Shown here piece by piece: positions 52,820-64,000 of a stretch of 64,000 nt of DNA (position 1 is its first letter; the number at the start of each line of letters is the position of its first letter). The translations under genes and the position numbers were made by a program. The notes under the pieces were generated by a model that was not told the DNA's origin, made no database searches, and was given only the letters and a program-made list of their open reading frames with translations. Source of the DNA: an uncultured Chloroflexia bacterium (GTDB lineage Bacteria; Chloroflexota; Limnocylindria; Limnocylindrales; CSP1-4); contig CAWEZH010000003.1 of the NCBI GenBank assembly GCA_963813535.1, positions 288,001 through 352,000 on the forward strand, read 5' to 3'.

Positions 52820-54175
52820 ATGGATTCACGGATCTTGAGCACTCCGATCCAAGCGCAGGCGGTCAGGTCCGAGCGGCCCCGGGATGTTGCTGATCTTGTT
52901 CGAGGCGCGACGATTGAGGGTCGATCGGTCGATGGGAGCTGGACAGCGCTCGACACTTGGGCATTCCTACTTCCTGCCGTGTCCTTCCTTGAGATTGCCC
53001 TCATTGGGAGGCTTAAGGTCAGCGAGCTCCTCGCAGTCGCGATGCTTCCTTGGCTTCTTGGAAGGCGGGGCCGCCTGCGCGTGCCTCGCTGGTTCATGGT
53101 GGTGTGGGCAGGCTGGTTTATTTCTCAAGCAATTACGGACGTAGCTGTTGGCAGCGCATTTGCGGACTACTCGCGCGGATGGGCCAAGATCCTGGTCACG
53201 CTGACTAGCTTCCTGGCCATCCTGGTTCTGATTTCGACTCCCAAGCGCGCCCGCCTTTTTGCTCTCGGGCTCGCTCTTGCAGGCATCGCTGGCTACGTTC
53301 TGAACCCGAGCGCCGGCGCCGCCGCGGACCCATGGAAATGGGCTCTGGCCCTTCCCATCGGATTGCTCCTCGCCACGGCCGTTTCGGGCACCAGGGGGCC
53401 TGCAATCGCCGGGACTTACCGTGGGCGCCTTCATGCTGTTTGGTGCCCTAAATCTGGTCCTCGGATATCGCAGTCTGGGCGGCGTGGCCCTGATGACCGC
53501 CGCCTACCTGGTGTTGAACAGTCTTGTAGGCCGTTCGGAATCGGCTTTTCGTCCCTCCATCGGCCGCGCATTCGTCGGCGTGGTTTCCTGCGTGGTGATG
53601 GCCGTCAGCGTTCTGGTTGTCTACGACCTGGCAGCGGGCCGTGGCCTGCTCGGCCCCGACGCGCAAGTGAGGTACTACACGCAAGCAGGTTCTCTTGGGG
53701 TTCTCCTCGGCGGAAGGCACGAGTCGCTGGTCTCGACACAGGCAATCCTGCATTCCCCGATCCTCGGACATGGCTCGTGGGCAAGGGATCCGAAATACGT
53801 GGAGTTGCTTTCCGACCGTTTGACGGAGCTAGGGTACGGGGACATCTCCACCGATCCAGCCGACATTCTGGCGTGATTCCAGCCGACTCCTATCTGCTCG
53901 GAGCATGGGTCGAAGGCGGCATCCTGGGTGGATTGTTCTGGCTGGCTGTCGCTGGCTCGGCCGCATGGCTCTTGCTGAATATCTACGCAGTGCGGTGGGC
54001 CTTGACGCCACTGGTCGTGTTCTCCACGACTCTTCTACTTTGGAATATCGCGTTCTCCCCCTACGGGGAGGCCGGCCGTTTGACAGCCCCCTTTGCCATT
54101 GCGCTTTGCCTGCTAGCTTCTCAGTACTTGCGTCCTCTCGACCAGGTAGGTCCAGTCAACAAGTCCCGAGCGTGA
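52820..54175 (+). CDS. Wzy polymerase/O-antigen-ligase-like membrane protein (frameshifted)
   Basis: Multi-TM, GYRS, SPILGHGSWA, SYLLGAWVEGGILG. Confidence 0.75.
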   Translation: MDSRILSTPIQAQAVRSERPRDVADLVRGATIEGRSVDGSWTALDTWAFLLPAVSFLEIALIGRLKVSELLAVAMLPWLLGRRGRLRVPRWFMVVWAGWFISQAITDVAVGSAFADYSRGWAKILVTLTSFLAILVLISTPKRARLFALGLALAGIAGYVLNPSAGAAADPWKWALALPIGLLLATAVSGTRGPAIAGTYRGRLHAVWCPKSGPRISQSGRRGPDDRRLPGVEQSCRPFGIGFSSLHRPRIRRRGFLRGDGRQRSGCLRPGSGPWPARPRRASEVLHASRFSWGSPRRKARVAGLDTGNPAFPDPRTWLVGKGSEIRGVAFRPFDGARVRGHLHRSSRHSGVIPADSYLLGAWVEGGILGGLFWLAVAGSAAWLLLNIYAVRWALTPLVVFSTTLLLWNIAFSPYGEAGRLTAPFAIALCLLASQYLRPLDQVGPVNKSRA

Positions 54176-55041
54176 AGGTATCGATCGTCACGATTTCCTT
54201 TAACCAGGCGCGCTTCTTGCGGCGCGCAATAACCTCGGTCCTTTCACAGGATTATCCGGACATCGAGTACATCGTTGTTGACCCTGGGTCGACAGACGGG
54301 AGCCGCGAGATCATCAATGCGTACGGGCCCAGGCTCGCAAGCGTCATCTTTGATCCGGACGATGGCCCTGCTGATGGACTCAATCGCGGGTTCCAATTGG
54401 CCACAGGCGATGTCCTTGCATATATCAACGCCGACGATGCCCTGCTCACCCAGGTGCGGTGCGCGAAGCCGTCGACTATCTCAGGGCACATCCAGAGACG
54501 GATGTCGTTTACGGCGATGGCTACATGGTCGATGTCGATGGAATGGTCCTTAGACCAATGAAGATCGTCCTCGTTCAACGTGCGTCGGTATGCGTACGGA
54601 AGCGTGATGGTGCTGCAGCAAGCGACCTTCTTTCGGAAATCAGCATTTGAGCGAACGAGTGGCTTCAATGTCGACAATCGAACGTGCTGGGACGGAGAAC
54701 TACTCGCCGATATTGCGATTGCCGGTGGGCGGCTCGCGCATGTCTCGAGACGATGGGGCGCATTCGCGATCTATCCGGAACATCGATCTACCGGGTCCCG
54801 GCGCGACGCGAGCCAGGCCGTGCGTGACGTTCGGCGCATCTTCCGGAAATTACAGGGGCGGGAGTGGCGCCGGCCCGACCAGTTGATAAGTAGGTTGGTA
54901 AGACTCGAGAAGTGGATATTGTCGCCGGGCGCAACTCTCAGGCGCCTGCGCTTTGCCCTCCTCGGTCCACCTGGGACGCAGCTAGTTGTCGCGGATGATC
55001 AGAGCATCGAATTGGTTTCTGCTGTCCGCCAGAGCAAGTAG
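54172..55041 (+). CDS. Family 2 glycosyltransferase (frameshifted)
   Basis: VSIVTISFNQ, VVDPGSTDGS, YINADD, QQATFFR. Confidence 0.88.
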
Positions 55042-56200
55042 ATGACCGGGAAGCGGCGCGCGAATTCCGCAATACAGCCAGCCCTCGTAGCGGGCATCCG
55101 GGTAATGCATGTCATCCCCTGGCCTGTCTATGGGGGGCCCCACAACGAGGCGTTGACCCTGGGCCTACAAGCAGCTCGAATGGGTTGGAGCCTGACGGTG
55201 GTCGTCCCTCGGGATGCTGATGCGGCGGCCCTACGACTTCAGACGCGGGGGATCAAAGTCTTCAGGCTCCAGCTCACTCGCCTTCGGCGAACTCGGAGCG
55301 CTTTCTACTGGCTCCTGTATCCGCTCAGGTTCCTCATTGATGTGTGGCGATTGGCGCGACTGATGAGAAGGGAGGAGGTCGACGTTGTCGAAGGCTCCAG
55401 CGTCAACGTCCAGGCGGCTCTTGCCGCGCGCCTGGCGGGCGCTGGGGTGGTCTGGCGCCTTGCCGATGTTTCGTCCCCGATGATCCTGCGGCGCGCTGTC
55501 GGCCTCCTTGTGCCGGACTTTCTGGCCGACGCAATCCTTGTGAATGGGTACGCCACGCTTGACGAATATCCCGGTCTGGCAAAGGCCGCTGACAAGGTGA
55601 CGGTGGGCTGCCCGATGATCGATGACGCGGCTTTCCGGAATCTGGGGAGTCGGATCAATAGAGGAGGGGCGGTGATCATCGGCATGGTGGCCAATATCAA
55701 CCCCGATAAGGGGATTGACGTCTTTGTCGAGGCTGCGGGGATATTTTGAAGAAGGAATGACTTCCAGTACGTCTAGTCGTGGTGGAGAACCAGGACGCCA
55801 GTGGGATGTCGCGGCGCTGCACGCGCGAGTGCAGGCGGACTCTGCGGGAGCCAATTCGAGTTCGCGCAGGCGGTGACGAAGCGATGTGGCCGACCACATG
55901 CGGCATATGGATGTGTTCGTCGTCGCTCGACCGGGAGAGGAGGCACGACAACGGCGGTGTCGGCATGCATCTGGTTACGGTGACAACGCGACCTGAAGTA
56001 GAAATCGGGCCGTGGTGCGCGACGGTCAGCGTCGTGCACCCCATGGATAGGCGGGCAGGGCCGTGCCGTGCTCTAGACGACAAGCGTTCGCGGGGGTTTG
56101 CCATAGAGAGCCAGAGGCGGATTGAACTAATTTCGCCATCACGAAAACGCCTGTCAACGCGTCCCTCAGTCTATGGTCCAGTGCTGGGAATTCGACGCCA
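55042..56200 (+). CDS. Family 4 glycosyltransferase (3' half fragmented, end approximate)
   Basis: YGGPH, IGMVANINPDKG motifs; downstream DVFV.S fragment. Confidence 0.7.
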
Positions 56201-56289
56201 TCGAGGGAGGCATACCAAGTCCGGTGGTCAAGGGCAAATGTGCTGCCCCTTCGTCCTGACCCCCCGAGGTAGCACCCAGGCCCCGTCCC

Positions 56290-57370
56290 ATCGGCCGCTG
56301 ATATCGGTTTGTGCCGGGGGGCGACCGGGCCGGTCCCCTAAGGGAGTTGTTGGAGTCGGCCGCGAGCCAAACCGAATCGGACTACGAGATCCTCATTCGC
56401 GAGGATTCGTCTCCTGAACGCCTTACGATCCGCTCAACCGTCGACGATTTCATGCGTTTGAACCCAGATCTGACCGTTCGGTATTCGTGGAGAACGACAC
56501 GAACCTTGGCTACGACGCCAACTTGCGCGCCCTCGTCGACTCGGCCAGAGGGTCCTACTGCTTGTTCATGGGCAACGACGATCTGCTCGCTCCAGACTCG
56601 TTGACCGTCCTAGCGGCCGCGCTAAGAGCCCGCCCGGAGACACAGGTTGTGCTTCGGACCTATGCCACGTTCGACACGGATGGTCGGCAAGTCGTGCATA
56701 GGTACTTCGCCGACACCCGCTACTTTCCGCCTGGAGCAGCATCGGTAGTGACCTTCTTCCGCCGATCAGTCGTGATTTCAGGGCTCTGCGTTCATCGGGA
56801 TAACTCCGCCGCGGTCGCCACGAATCGCTTCGATGGCACGTTGCTTTATCAGCTCTATCTCTCTGGGATGCTTCTTTCACGTGGGCCGGGCCTATCGCTC
56901 CCCGACGTCTTGGCTCTGTAGAGCCAAGGCGGAAAGTGGCCACCTTGATTTTGGAGTCAGCTCATTTGAGCAGGCTTACACGCCAGGCGGAGGTCACTCC
57001 GAGCTCGTCCTTGTCGTTCGTCAAAGGAATGTTGGCCATCACGAAGGAACTCGAACGGCAAACACGACTCAAAGTCTTCCAGCCGATCGTGCATGACCTT
57101 GCCAACTACTCCTACCCCCTTCTCAGAGAGCACGCAGCTCGGCCGGTGCGAGAGTACGGCCCCCTTGTGCGAGGGCTCGTACGACTTGGTCTCGGAGGAG
57201 TCCCCTCTTTTGGTCCTTGTCCTGCTGGTTGGGGCCCTCGGGCCGAGCCGGTCCGATAGGGTGATAGAGAGGATCCGAGTGATGACGAAGGCTACCCCGC
57301 GGCTGGTAGCTTTTCTGGTGGCGGCGCAAATGCCGAGATCACGAACTCGCAACTGGCGAATGCCTAGGAC
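56290..57370 (+). CDS. Family 2 glycosyltransferase (fragmented, ends approximate)
   Basis: ILIREDSSPE, NLGYDANL, FMGNDD, VISGL, DGTLLYQLYL. Confidence 0.75.
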
Positions 57371-57462
57371 GACGACGCCTGAGTCCCCAAACCACGGCGA
57401 GGACCCCGCTGTAACCGTTGCCCAAGAGTGGGTCTTCGTAAGTCGAGATTGCACGGTCGCCA

Positions 57463-59050
57463 TCACCCGCCGCCCATCCTGGTGCCACGGGCTTCGTTGT
57501 GAAGATAGACCGGCCAACCGTCGACGATTTCGGCTAGGTGGTACTGCTGACGTACAAACGCTCGAAGCGGCTCCAAGATATCCAGCTCCCTCCCGTCGAG
57601 AGGCACGACAAGCCGCGGAATCAGCAGTGGCATCCAGCCGGGTTCCCCAGGCTCCACTGATCCGGCGTCGATGATCGCTGTCGGTGCGGGTGCGAGGAAT
57701 ACGAAATGGACGACCAGATCCCCCACCTGCTGCTCAGTCGAGTATCCGGGCGTCGTAAGTGGAAGCGTGGAAGAAATTAATTCGAGGCGGATCGACGATC
57801 CGCAGCGTCGTAAACGTACGGCTGGTTTCCCCACGCAAAGATGGTCGCGTCTGCCGTCGTGTTGGCCCTAACCCAGGCGGCGACAGTGCTGACCTGATCG
57901 CCGTCAGAAGGCTGTTCTCGAAATAGCGCTGCGTTACGACCGACCCGACGACAGTACTGATTAACAGGCCCACGCCTACCACCAGGAGAGCCATTCGGCG
58001 GCGCCTAAAGCCTGTCCGTTGGAATGCTTCGTTGAAGGTTGGCGCGGCAAGCATTGTCAATGGAGGCACTGCGAGCAGGAAGTAATGCGGTGCGATCCGA
58101 CCTTGGGCGGCCGTCAGCAATACAAATGCGCCCAACCATATCCACGCTGCCACCTTGACTCAAGACCCGAGCGCGGCCTCGGCGCGGCGCGTGAATTGCG
58201 AAAAGGCGGCAGGCACAATCAGACAGGCCAAGCATCCGAGCGACAACGCCGTTGGCTAATCAGCCTAAGGCTGATGCTCTGGCGGTTGATCTGAACGTAG
58301 ATGCCGTTATATCTGACGACCGCGTCTACGGCGGAGGGAAACGCTCCGACGATCCACAGCCAAGCAAGCGTCGTCCCGCCGACGATGGCTGACCCAGCAG
58401 GAAGGCACCTGCGGCGCGGATGCGCTTGGTTGAGGAGCGACCTTCAATCGCAAGGTATAGGACCGCGAGCCCCGCCGATGCGGCCTGCGGGTTCACGATG
58501 CAAGCCCATCCTAATGGACCGGCGAGCAGGACGAGGCCGAGACTCGCGCCTCGCCCGACGGCCAGAAAAGCTCCATCACGGCCAACGAAAGAGCGGGAAC
58601 TTCCGCAAGCCCGCCGCCGACCGCCACTGGATAGACCGTTAGGCCCACAGCCGCCGCGCAAAGCGTCAAGCCTATGCGTCCGACGCCGTCGGCACGCAGC
58701 ACTAGTGCAAGAGACAAAAGGGTGGCGAAGGTGCATACCACGGATGCAATCCATGCGCCAATACAAGGAGAAAAGAAGGGCAGCACGGCTTGACTGAAGC
58801 CGTCAAGGAGGAAAATGCCTGGAGGCTTGTGGTCCCACGAATCGACGTAAGAGATCCCACCGGCGCGGAGCGCAGCGCCGACCTCGGAAAATACCGCTTA
58901 AATCAAGGTATGGCCCAGCTACATCGACAGCTCCCGGGAACAGCAGCCCGACGGCGACAATGAAGGAGGGCAGGATGTCCCGCGCTGCAATCGCTCGCGC
59001 CGGTGAAGGCAGTGCTGTCACGTGTGGCATCGGCGGCATCCCGGAAACGG
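57463..59050 (-). CDS. ArnT/PMT-like (GT-C) membrane glycosyltransferase (heavily fragmented)
   Basis: DHKPP-like fragment near 58830, successive TM fragments, HYFLLAVPPL, YPLTTPGY-like C-terminal loop. Confidence 0.5.
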
Positions 59051-59228
59051 CGCGTCTGTGCGACCCATCTGTTTCGAGCGGCCACTTCATCATGTCCCGC
59101 CACTCTTGACCGTTGACCGCATGGCACCGGGACGACCTGTTCAGGTTGAAATCAGCGCGCTGTATGGGCGCGTGGCGGATGTCGATCGCGCACCGCTGTA
59201 TCGACATCGTTCTGAGTTGCGCCCCAGC

Positions 59229-60659
59229 TCAGCCGTGGGGCGCTAACTTCCCGGTCGGGCGAACACAGCCGGAATGGTCCGTGCCAGGATCTTGAGATCG
59301 AGAGCGAGCGACCAGCGGTCGATGTAGTCGAGGTCGAGCGTGACCCGATCGTCGAAGTGCTCGTCCGACTCTGGACTCGACCTGCCAGAGGCCGCTGATA
59401 CCCGGCTTCATCGATAGGCGCGGCGGTGCCAGATGTCGTAGCCGTCAACCTCACGCGGCGGGGCCGGGCGCGGCCCAACCAAGCTCATCTCGCCTTGAAG
59501 AACATTGATCAGCTGCGGAAGCTCGTCGATGCTGGCCTTCCGAAGGAGCCGACCCAAGCGGGTCACCCTCGGGTCATTGCGTCATCTTGAAAGCCGCGCC
59601 TTTTGTATCGGAGAGGGCAGCGAGCTCGGGATAGCGTTCCTCCGCGTCGGGATCATCGTCCTGAATTTGACGATCGTGAATGGTCGTCCGTGGAGTCCGA
59701 CGCGGGTCTGACGGAACAAGGACTGGGGAGCCGTCCGTCACCCGGATCGCGACTGCCGCCGCCAGAAGCACCGGGCTAAGGAGCAGCAGGCCCGACGATC
59801 GCCCCGACGATATCGATCCACCGCTTGATCACCAAACCCAGAGCGCGCTGGTCATCGCGAAAGACGGACCGAACCAAGAAACCCTCGAACTCCTCTTGAT
59901 GCGTGCTCGGGATGCAGCTCCTCGATCGGGTCAAGGGAATCCGGACCGTCTTGCCTTCATCCGCTGCAAGTCGACTGATCGGCTCCAGGTGATGCGACGA
60001 CGTGGCCGGCAAGCAAACTGCAACTTCATCGATGACGTGCAGCCGAAAGATGGCGTTGATCATCCCCAGGCTGCCAAGGACCGGGCGAGAGACCAGCAAA
60101 TCCGATTCGCCCGGGATAGACACATGCCCGACCACGCGGAATCCCCAGTGCAGGACGGCTCTCGACGCGGTCCGCAAAGCTCTGGGCCAGAGGGGCCCGT
60201 CCCGACAACGAGCATGAACCGCGTGTTGTAGCCGCGCCGGCGAAGGACGCCGAAACACGTAACGAAGGACGGCCCTACCCGGTCAGCGTGACCAGCGGCT
60301 GCACCACGAACAGAAGGACCAGGAACAACCGACTGACATTGTCCAGATGGAAGATGAACAGCGTCGACAAAGTCGATTGCCAGGACCAGGAGTGTGGCTC
60401 GTAGCGATGTCCTTGGCTTCTGTCGCAAAGCGCCAACGGACACGCAATCGGTAAAGACCGAGCGAAACCCAGAGCAGGACCCAGCCCGCAGAGAACAGGG
60501 CAGCGGCCACCAGAGGTCGATACCCATCTGGCGCCACAGTCGTTCGCTGTCGCCGTCGCCAAATCGGACAAGCGATACCAGGACGAAGACCAACGCGGCC
60601 GTGAGCGCGTCGACGACCATGAGTGCTACGCGCAGCATCATCAGGTGCCGTCTGATCAT
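59229..60659 (-). CDS. Priming polyprenyl-phosphate sugar transferase (WcaJ/CpsE-like), fragmented
   Basis: N-terminal TMs, [40 protein letters not shown]. Confidence 0.85.
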
Positions 60660-60798
60660 TCGATCGCAGTCCCCCCTCCCGAGGACCATCGATGGTACCC
60701 CAGAAGTACTAGCTGTCGGTTGCGCTCCGCTCGGCGGCCCATGGTGGAGGCCGCTCCGGTGGCGTGTCGCCGCACGCGCCGATCCAGTCGCCAGCCGG

Positions 60799-61777
60799 CT
60801 AACGACAGGTTCCGAGGCGTATGAGGTAGACCTGCTCCTCGATCCACTGGTAGGTCGAGCGAAGGCCGACTCCTCCAGATCAATCCTGGGCTCCCAGCCA
60901 AGGACTTCTCGAAGCCGTGTGTTGTCCGAGTTGCGGCCGCGAACGCCTTGCGGCCCGTCGACGTGATGTAAGCGCAGATCCCATCCTTGCCCGAGATTCC
61001 GATGATCATCGCGCAAGCTGGTTGATGCTGACCATGCGATCAGTCCCAGAGGTTGAGCGGGTCGCGATGATCCGACATCATCAGCCGGTAGATGCCTTCA
61101 ACGCAGTCGTCGACGTGGCAGAACGAGCGGGTCTGCTCCCCATCACCCCAAACGTCGATCGCACCCCCGGGCTCGTCCAATGCGACCTTCCGGCACAGGG
61201 CGGCTGGCACCTTCTCGCGACCCCCGTCGTAGGTACCGTATGGACCATAGACGTTGTGGAAGCGCGCGATGCGAGTCTCGATCGGGTACTCGTCGGCGTA
61301 GTAGCGACACAGGATCTCCGTCATGAGCTTCTCCCAACCGTAGGCGTCCTGCGGCTGAGCCGGGTATGCATCCTCCTCGCGGAGAGGGCGCACATCCGCA
61401 TCCGTTTGCAGGTACTCGGGATAAACACATGCCGAGGAGCTATATAGGTACCGCTTGACGCCGTTCCGGCGGGCTGCCTCGATCGTGTGCAGGTTGATCA
61501 GGGCATTGTTGTGCAGGATCGTGGCGTGGTTGGCGGAGATGAAGCCCATGCCTCCCATGTCCGCTGCCAGTGCATACACATGGTCGACGTCGCGTGTCGC
61601 GGCGCTGCGCTTCACCTTCGATCCGCAGGTCGCGGATCTCGAACGAGTCGGCGTCGATCGGGTGTACTCAGGCTCCTTGAGGTCGACCCCGCGCACCCAA
61701 TATCCCCGCGCTTTCAGGTACGTCACAAGATGATGACCGATGAAGCCTCCAGCTCCCGTCACCAAGACTCGTTCCAT
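60799..61777 (-). CDS. NAD-dependent epimerase, GDP-mannose 3,5-epimerase-like (frameshifted)
   Basis: GAGGFIG, LAADMGGMGFI, SSACVYPE, PAQPQDAYGWEK, GGREKVPAALCRK, GVRGRNSDNT. Confidence 0.85.
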
Positions 61778-61880
61778 CTCGCTTCCCCCGCGATCGTATG
61801 CAGGTCTTCCTGACACAGTGCCGGCCTAGAGATGGCAGGCCGCGAGAGTGGGTTCGAGTGGTCACTCATGGATCGTCGAG

Positions 61881-63489
61881 CTACGCAGGCGGCTGCGCCG
61901 GCGTCGGTTGTGAGCTCGCGGCTCCGCCGATCTCTGTGCCTGGGCCTCCATACGCACCGTAGTAGTCGTAGGTATACGCGGCCGCCGCATCGACGCGGTT
62001 CAACACCACCCCCAGAACGCGGGCACTTGCCCTCGCGAGAGCGTCCTGAGCGCTCAGGACGGTGCCTCGATGCGTGCGGCCGGCGTCCACGACGAATAGC
62101 GTCCCGTCGACCATCGAGGACAGGATCGCCGCGTCTGTCACGGCCTGGACGGGTGGGCTGTCCAGGACGACGTAGTCCGCAGCGTTCGCTAGCTCCCGGA
62201 GTACTGCTTTCATCCGTTTCGATCGGAGGAGCTCCGCCGGGTTTGGCGGGAGGGGTCCGGTCGTGATGACCATCAGCTTGTCCTGCTCTGTCGGCTGCAT
62301 CGCTCTTCGATAGCGGCTCGGTCCCGTCGAAGCAGGTTCGACAATCCGGTCGAGTTCGAAAGGTTGAACAGCTTGTGGACGCCAGGCTTACGAAAGTCGG
62401 CGTCCAAGAGGATGGTCCGGTGCCCCGCCTGCGCCATCGCGACGGCAAGGTTGGCGGCGGTCGTCGTCTTGCCTTCGCCTGGGATGGAACTCGTAACCAG
62501 CAACGTCTTCATGGGCGCGTCAACGCTCGCGAACTCTGTATTCGTTCGAAGCGATCGATAAGCTTCTGCTGCCGGGGAGCGCGGATACAGCAGCGTCGCG
62601 AGCCGGTAGATCTCGCTGCGGTCACTTCCGCCCTTCATCCGCGTAATGGCCCCGAGGGTCGGCAGCCCCAGGATGGCCTCGACATCGTCGGCGGACTTCA
62701 GGCGGTCGTCGAGGTACTCGAGTAGGAAGGCCAGAGCGAGCGCCAGCGCCAGGCCCACGATGGCTGCGATCAGCGTGTTGAGCAGGACTCGTGGCGAAGA
62801 TGGCTGGGGCGGGGGCGTTGCCGGGTCGACGACCGTCAGCAGGTTTGCCCCGCTGGTCGACGAGAAATCCAGAATCGTCGCGTAGGTCTGTTCGAGAGTC
62901 ACGACACGAGCCTGGAGAACCTCGAGCCGCTGGTCTTCCGCGGTGGACCGCGAGGACACGTTCGTCAGCCGCTGGATCTCATCCTGGGTATCGCGAATCT
63001 GCGTTTGGATCGACTCGAGGCTCCTCGTCGATGAAGTGCTGGACATCGCTGTCGACACCGGAGATCGCTGGTGAGATCGCTAGCAATTCCTCGGCGAGAG
63101 CATTCGCTAGTGCGGCGGCGCGGCGCGGGTCAGCGTCCTCGACAGTAAGGTGGACGAGAATGGATTCTCGTGGCGCCTCGGCGCGGACTCGGTTTGCGAA
63201 TTCCTCAGGCGTTGGTCTGAAGCCCGTTGTTCGCGATAACGCCTGGAGCTGGGGGCCTGCGACCGCGAGATCCGCGTATGTCTGTGACAGCCGCTGGCTC
63301 GCGAGCAATTGATTGATGTCTGGATTGATCGCTTGAACGCTCTGACCGACCAGGAGAGTCGTTCGAGCTTCGTAGACCTTTGGGAGTGATGGAGATCAGG
63401 AATGCGGCTGCCGCCCCGGTGATCAGTGCGCTAGCAAGCAGTAGCCACCATCGAGAGCGGAGGACGCTTAGCTGCTGTCTGAGTTCCAT
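61881..63489 (-). CDS. Polysaccharide co-polymerase/tyrosine autokinase (Wzc/CpsCD fusion), frameshifted
   Basis: Wzz-type N-terminus, EAYRSLRTN, PGEGKT, LLDADFR, PPNPAELL, DSPP, Tyr cluster AYTYDYYGAY. Confidence 0.9.
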
Positions 63490-63540
63490 GGTGGGTCGGC
63501 AGTATAGGTCGGTCTGGAAGGGTGGAGTCCAGAGTGCGTC

Positions 63541-64000
63541 CTACTCGAAGAGGATGTCGAGCTGGATATCTCGATCGAAGGTGGTCGAGAAGGTTGCAGT
63601 GTTCCCACGACTGGTCACGCCCTCGCTTGCCGAGATGATCCGCCCGCCCGTCGGCAGTCGGACGATCACCGAGAGTGGGCCGGGTAGCAATCCTGGCTGT
63701 TTCTGGATCGTGAGTCTGTAGCGGCGTCCGCTCCCCACGGTCTCGACGACATATGGGCTCGTCCAGATGTACCGAAGACCGCCCTCTCCCGGCGGGATCA
63801 TCAGATAGGTGCCGATCACGGCGCGCCCGGCTTCCTCGTCGACGATGGCCGGGCCGGTGAGCTCGTCCAGGGTCCCTCCCGAGACTTCCTCGACGCGGCT
63901 TCGTTCGGGAACCAGCAGCCGGAAGTACGTCCCGAGGATCCGCAGATCCTCGAGGGTGGGCAACTCGCGGATCGGCGCCCCTGCAGGCGTGTCGATCGGG
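63541..64000 (-). CDS. C-terminus of a DUF4012-like extracellular protein (5' end outside window)
   Basis: YRLTIQKQPG motif and beta-rich C-terminus typical of proteins flanking Wzc genes. Confidence 0.55.
   Translation of the reverse strand, partial: PIDTPAGAPIRELPTLEDLRILGTYFRLLVPERSRVEEVSGGTLDELTGPAIVDEEAGRAVIGTYLMIPPGEGGLRYIWTSPYVVETVGSGRRYRLTIQKQPGLLPGPLSVIVRLPTGGRIISASEGVTSRGNTATFSTTFDRDIQLDILFE

Overview
High-GC bacterial genomic window, probably a monoderm soil or sediment organism (Chloroflexota- or Actinomycetota-like, by inference). It contains many single-base indels typical of an uncorrected long-read assembly, densest after about 45 kb. There are four blocks. (1) 0-14.7 kb: an amino-sugar/glycoside uptake and catabolism locus with two Gfo/Idh/MocA dehydrogenases, a TIM-barrel isomerase/lyase, DeoC, a SIS protein, an ABC importer, a ROK kinase, GntR and NagA; the divergent promoter region carries clear ROK-type and GntR/DasR-type operator palindromes. 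(2) 14.7-30 kb: an 11-12 gene catabolic operon of unknown substrate (DHDPS-like, GMC plus small subunit, ALDH, LacI, SDR, YdiF-type CoA transferase, crotonase, LLM, shikimate DH, FAH, creatininase) plus divergent SDR, MBL and LLM genes. (3) 30-45 kb: speE and small genes, then the most unusual element, a tightly coupled operon of transaldolase, a His-swivel phosphotransferase lacking an ATP domain, an HPr-kinase-like P-loop protein, a three-subunit xanthine-oxidase-family molybdoenzyme, and a truncated PPDK fused to a wHTH/helical domain; a subtilase and a CDF transporter follow. (4) 45-64 kb: a compositionally distinct Wzx/Wzy polysaccharide locus (gmd, fcl, GDP-mannose 3,5-epimerase-like, methyltransferases, GTs, priming transferase, Wzc, DUF4012-like). 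No rRNA, tRNA, CRISPR array or mobile element was recognised.
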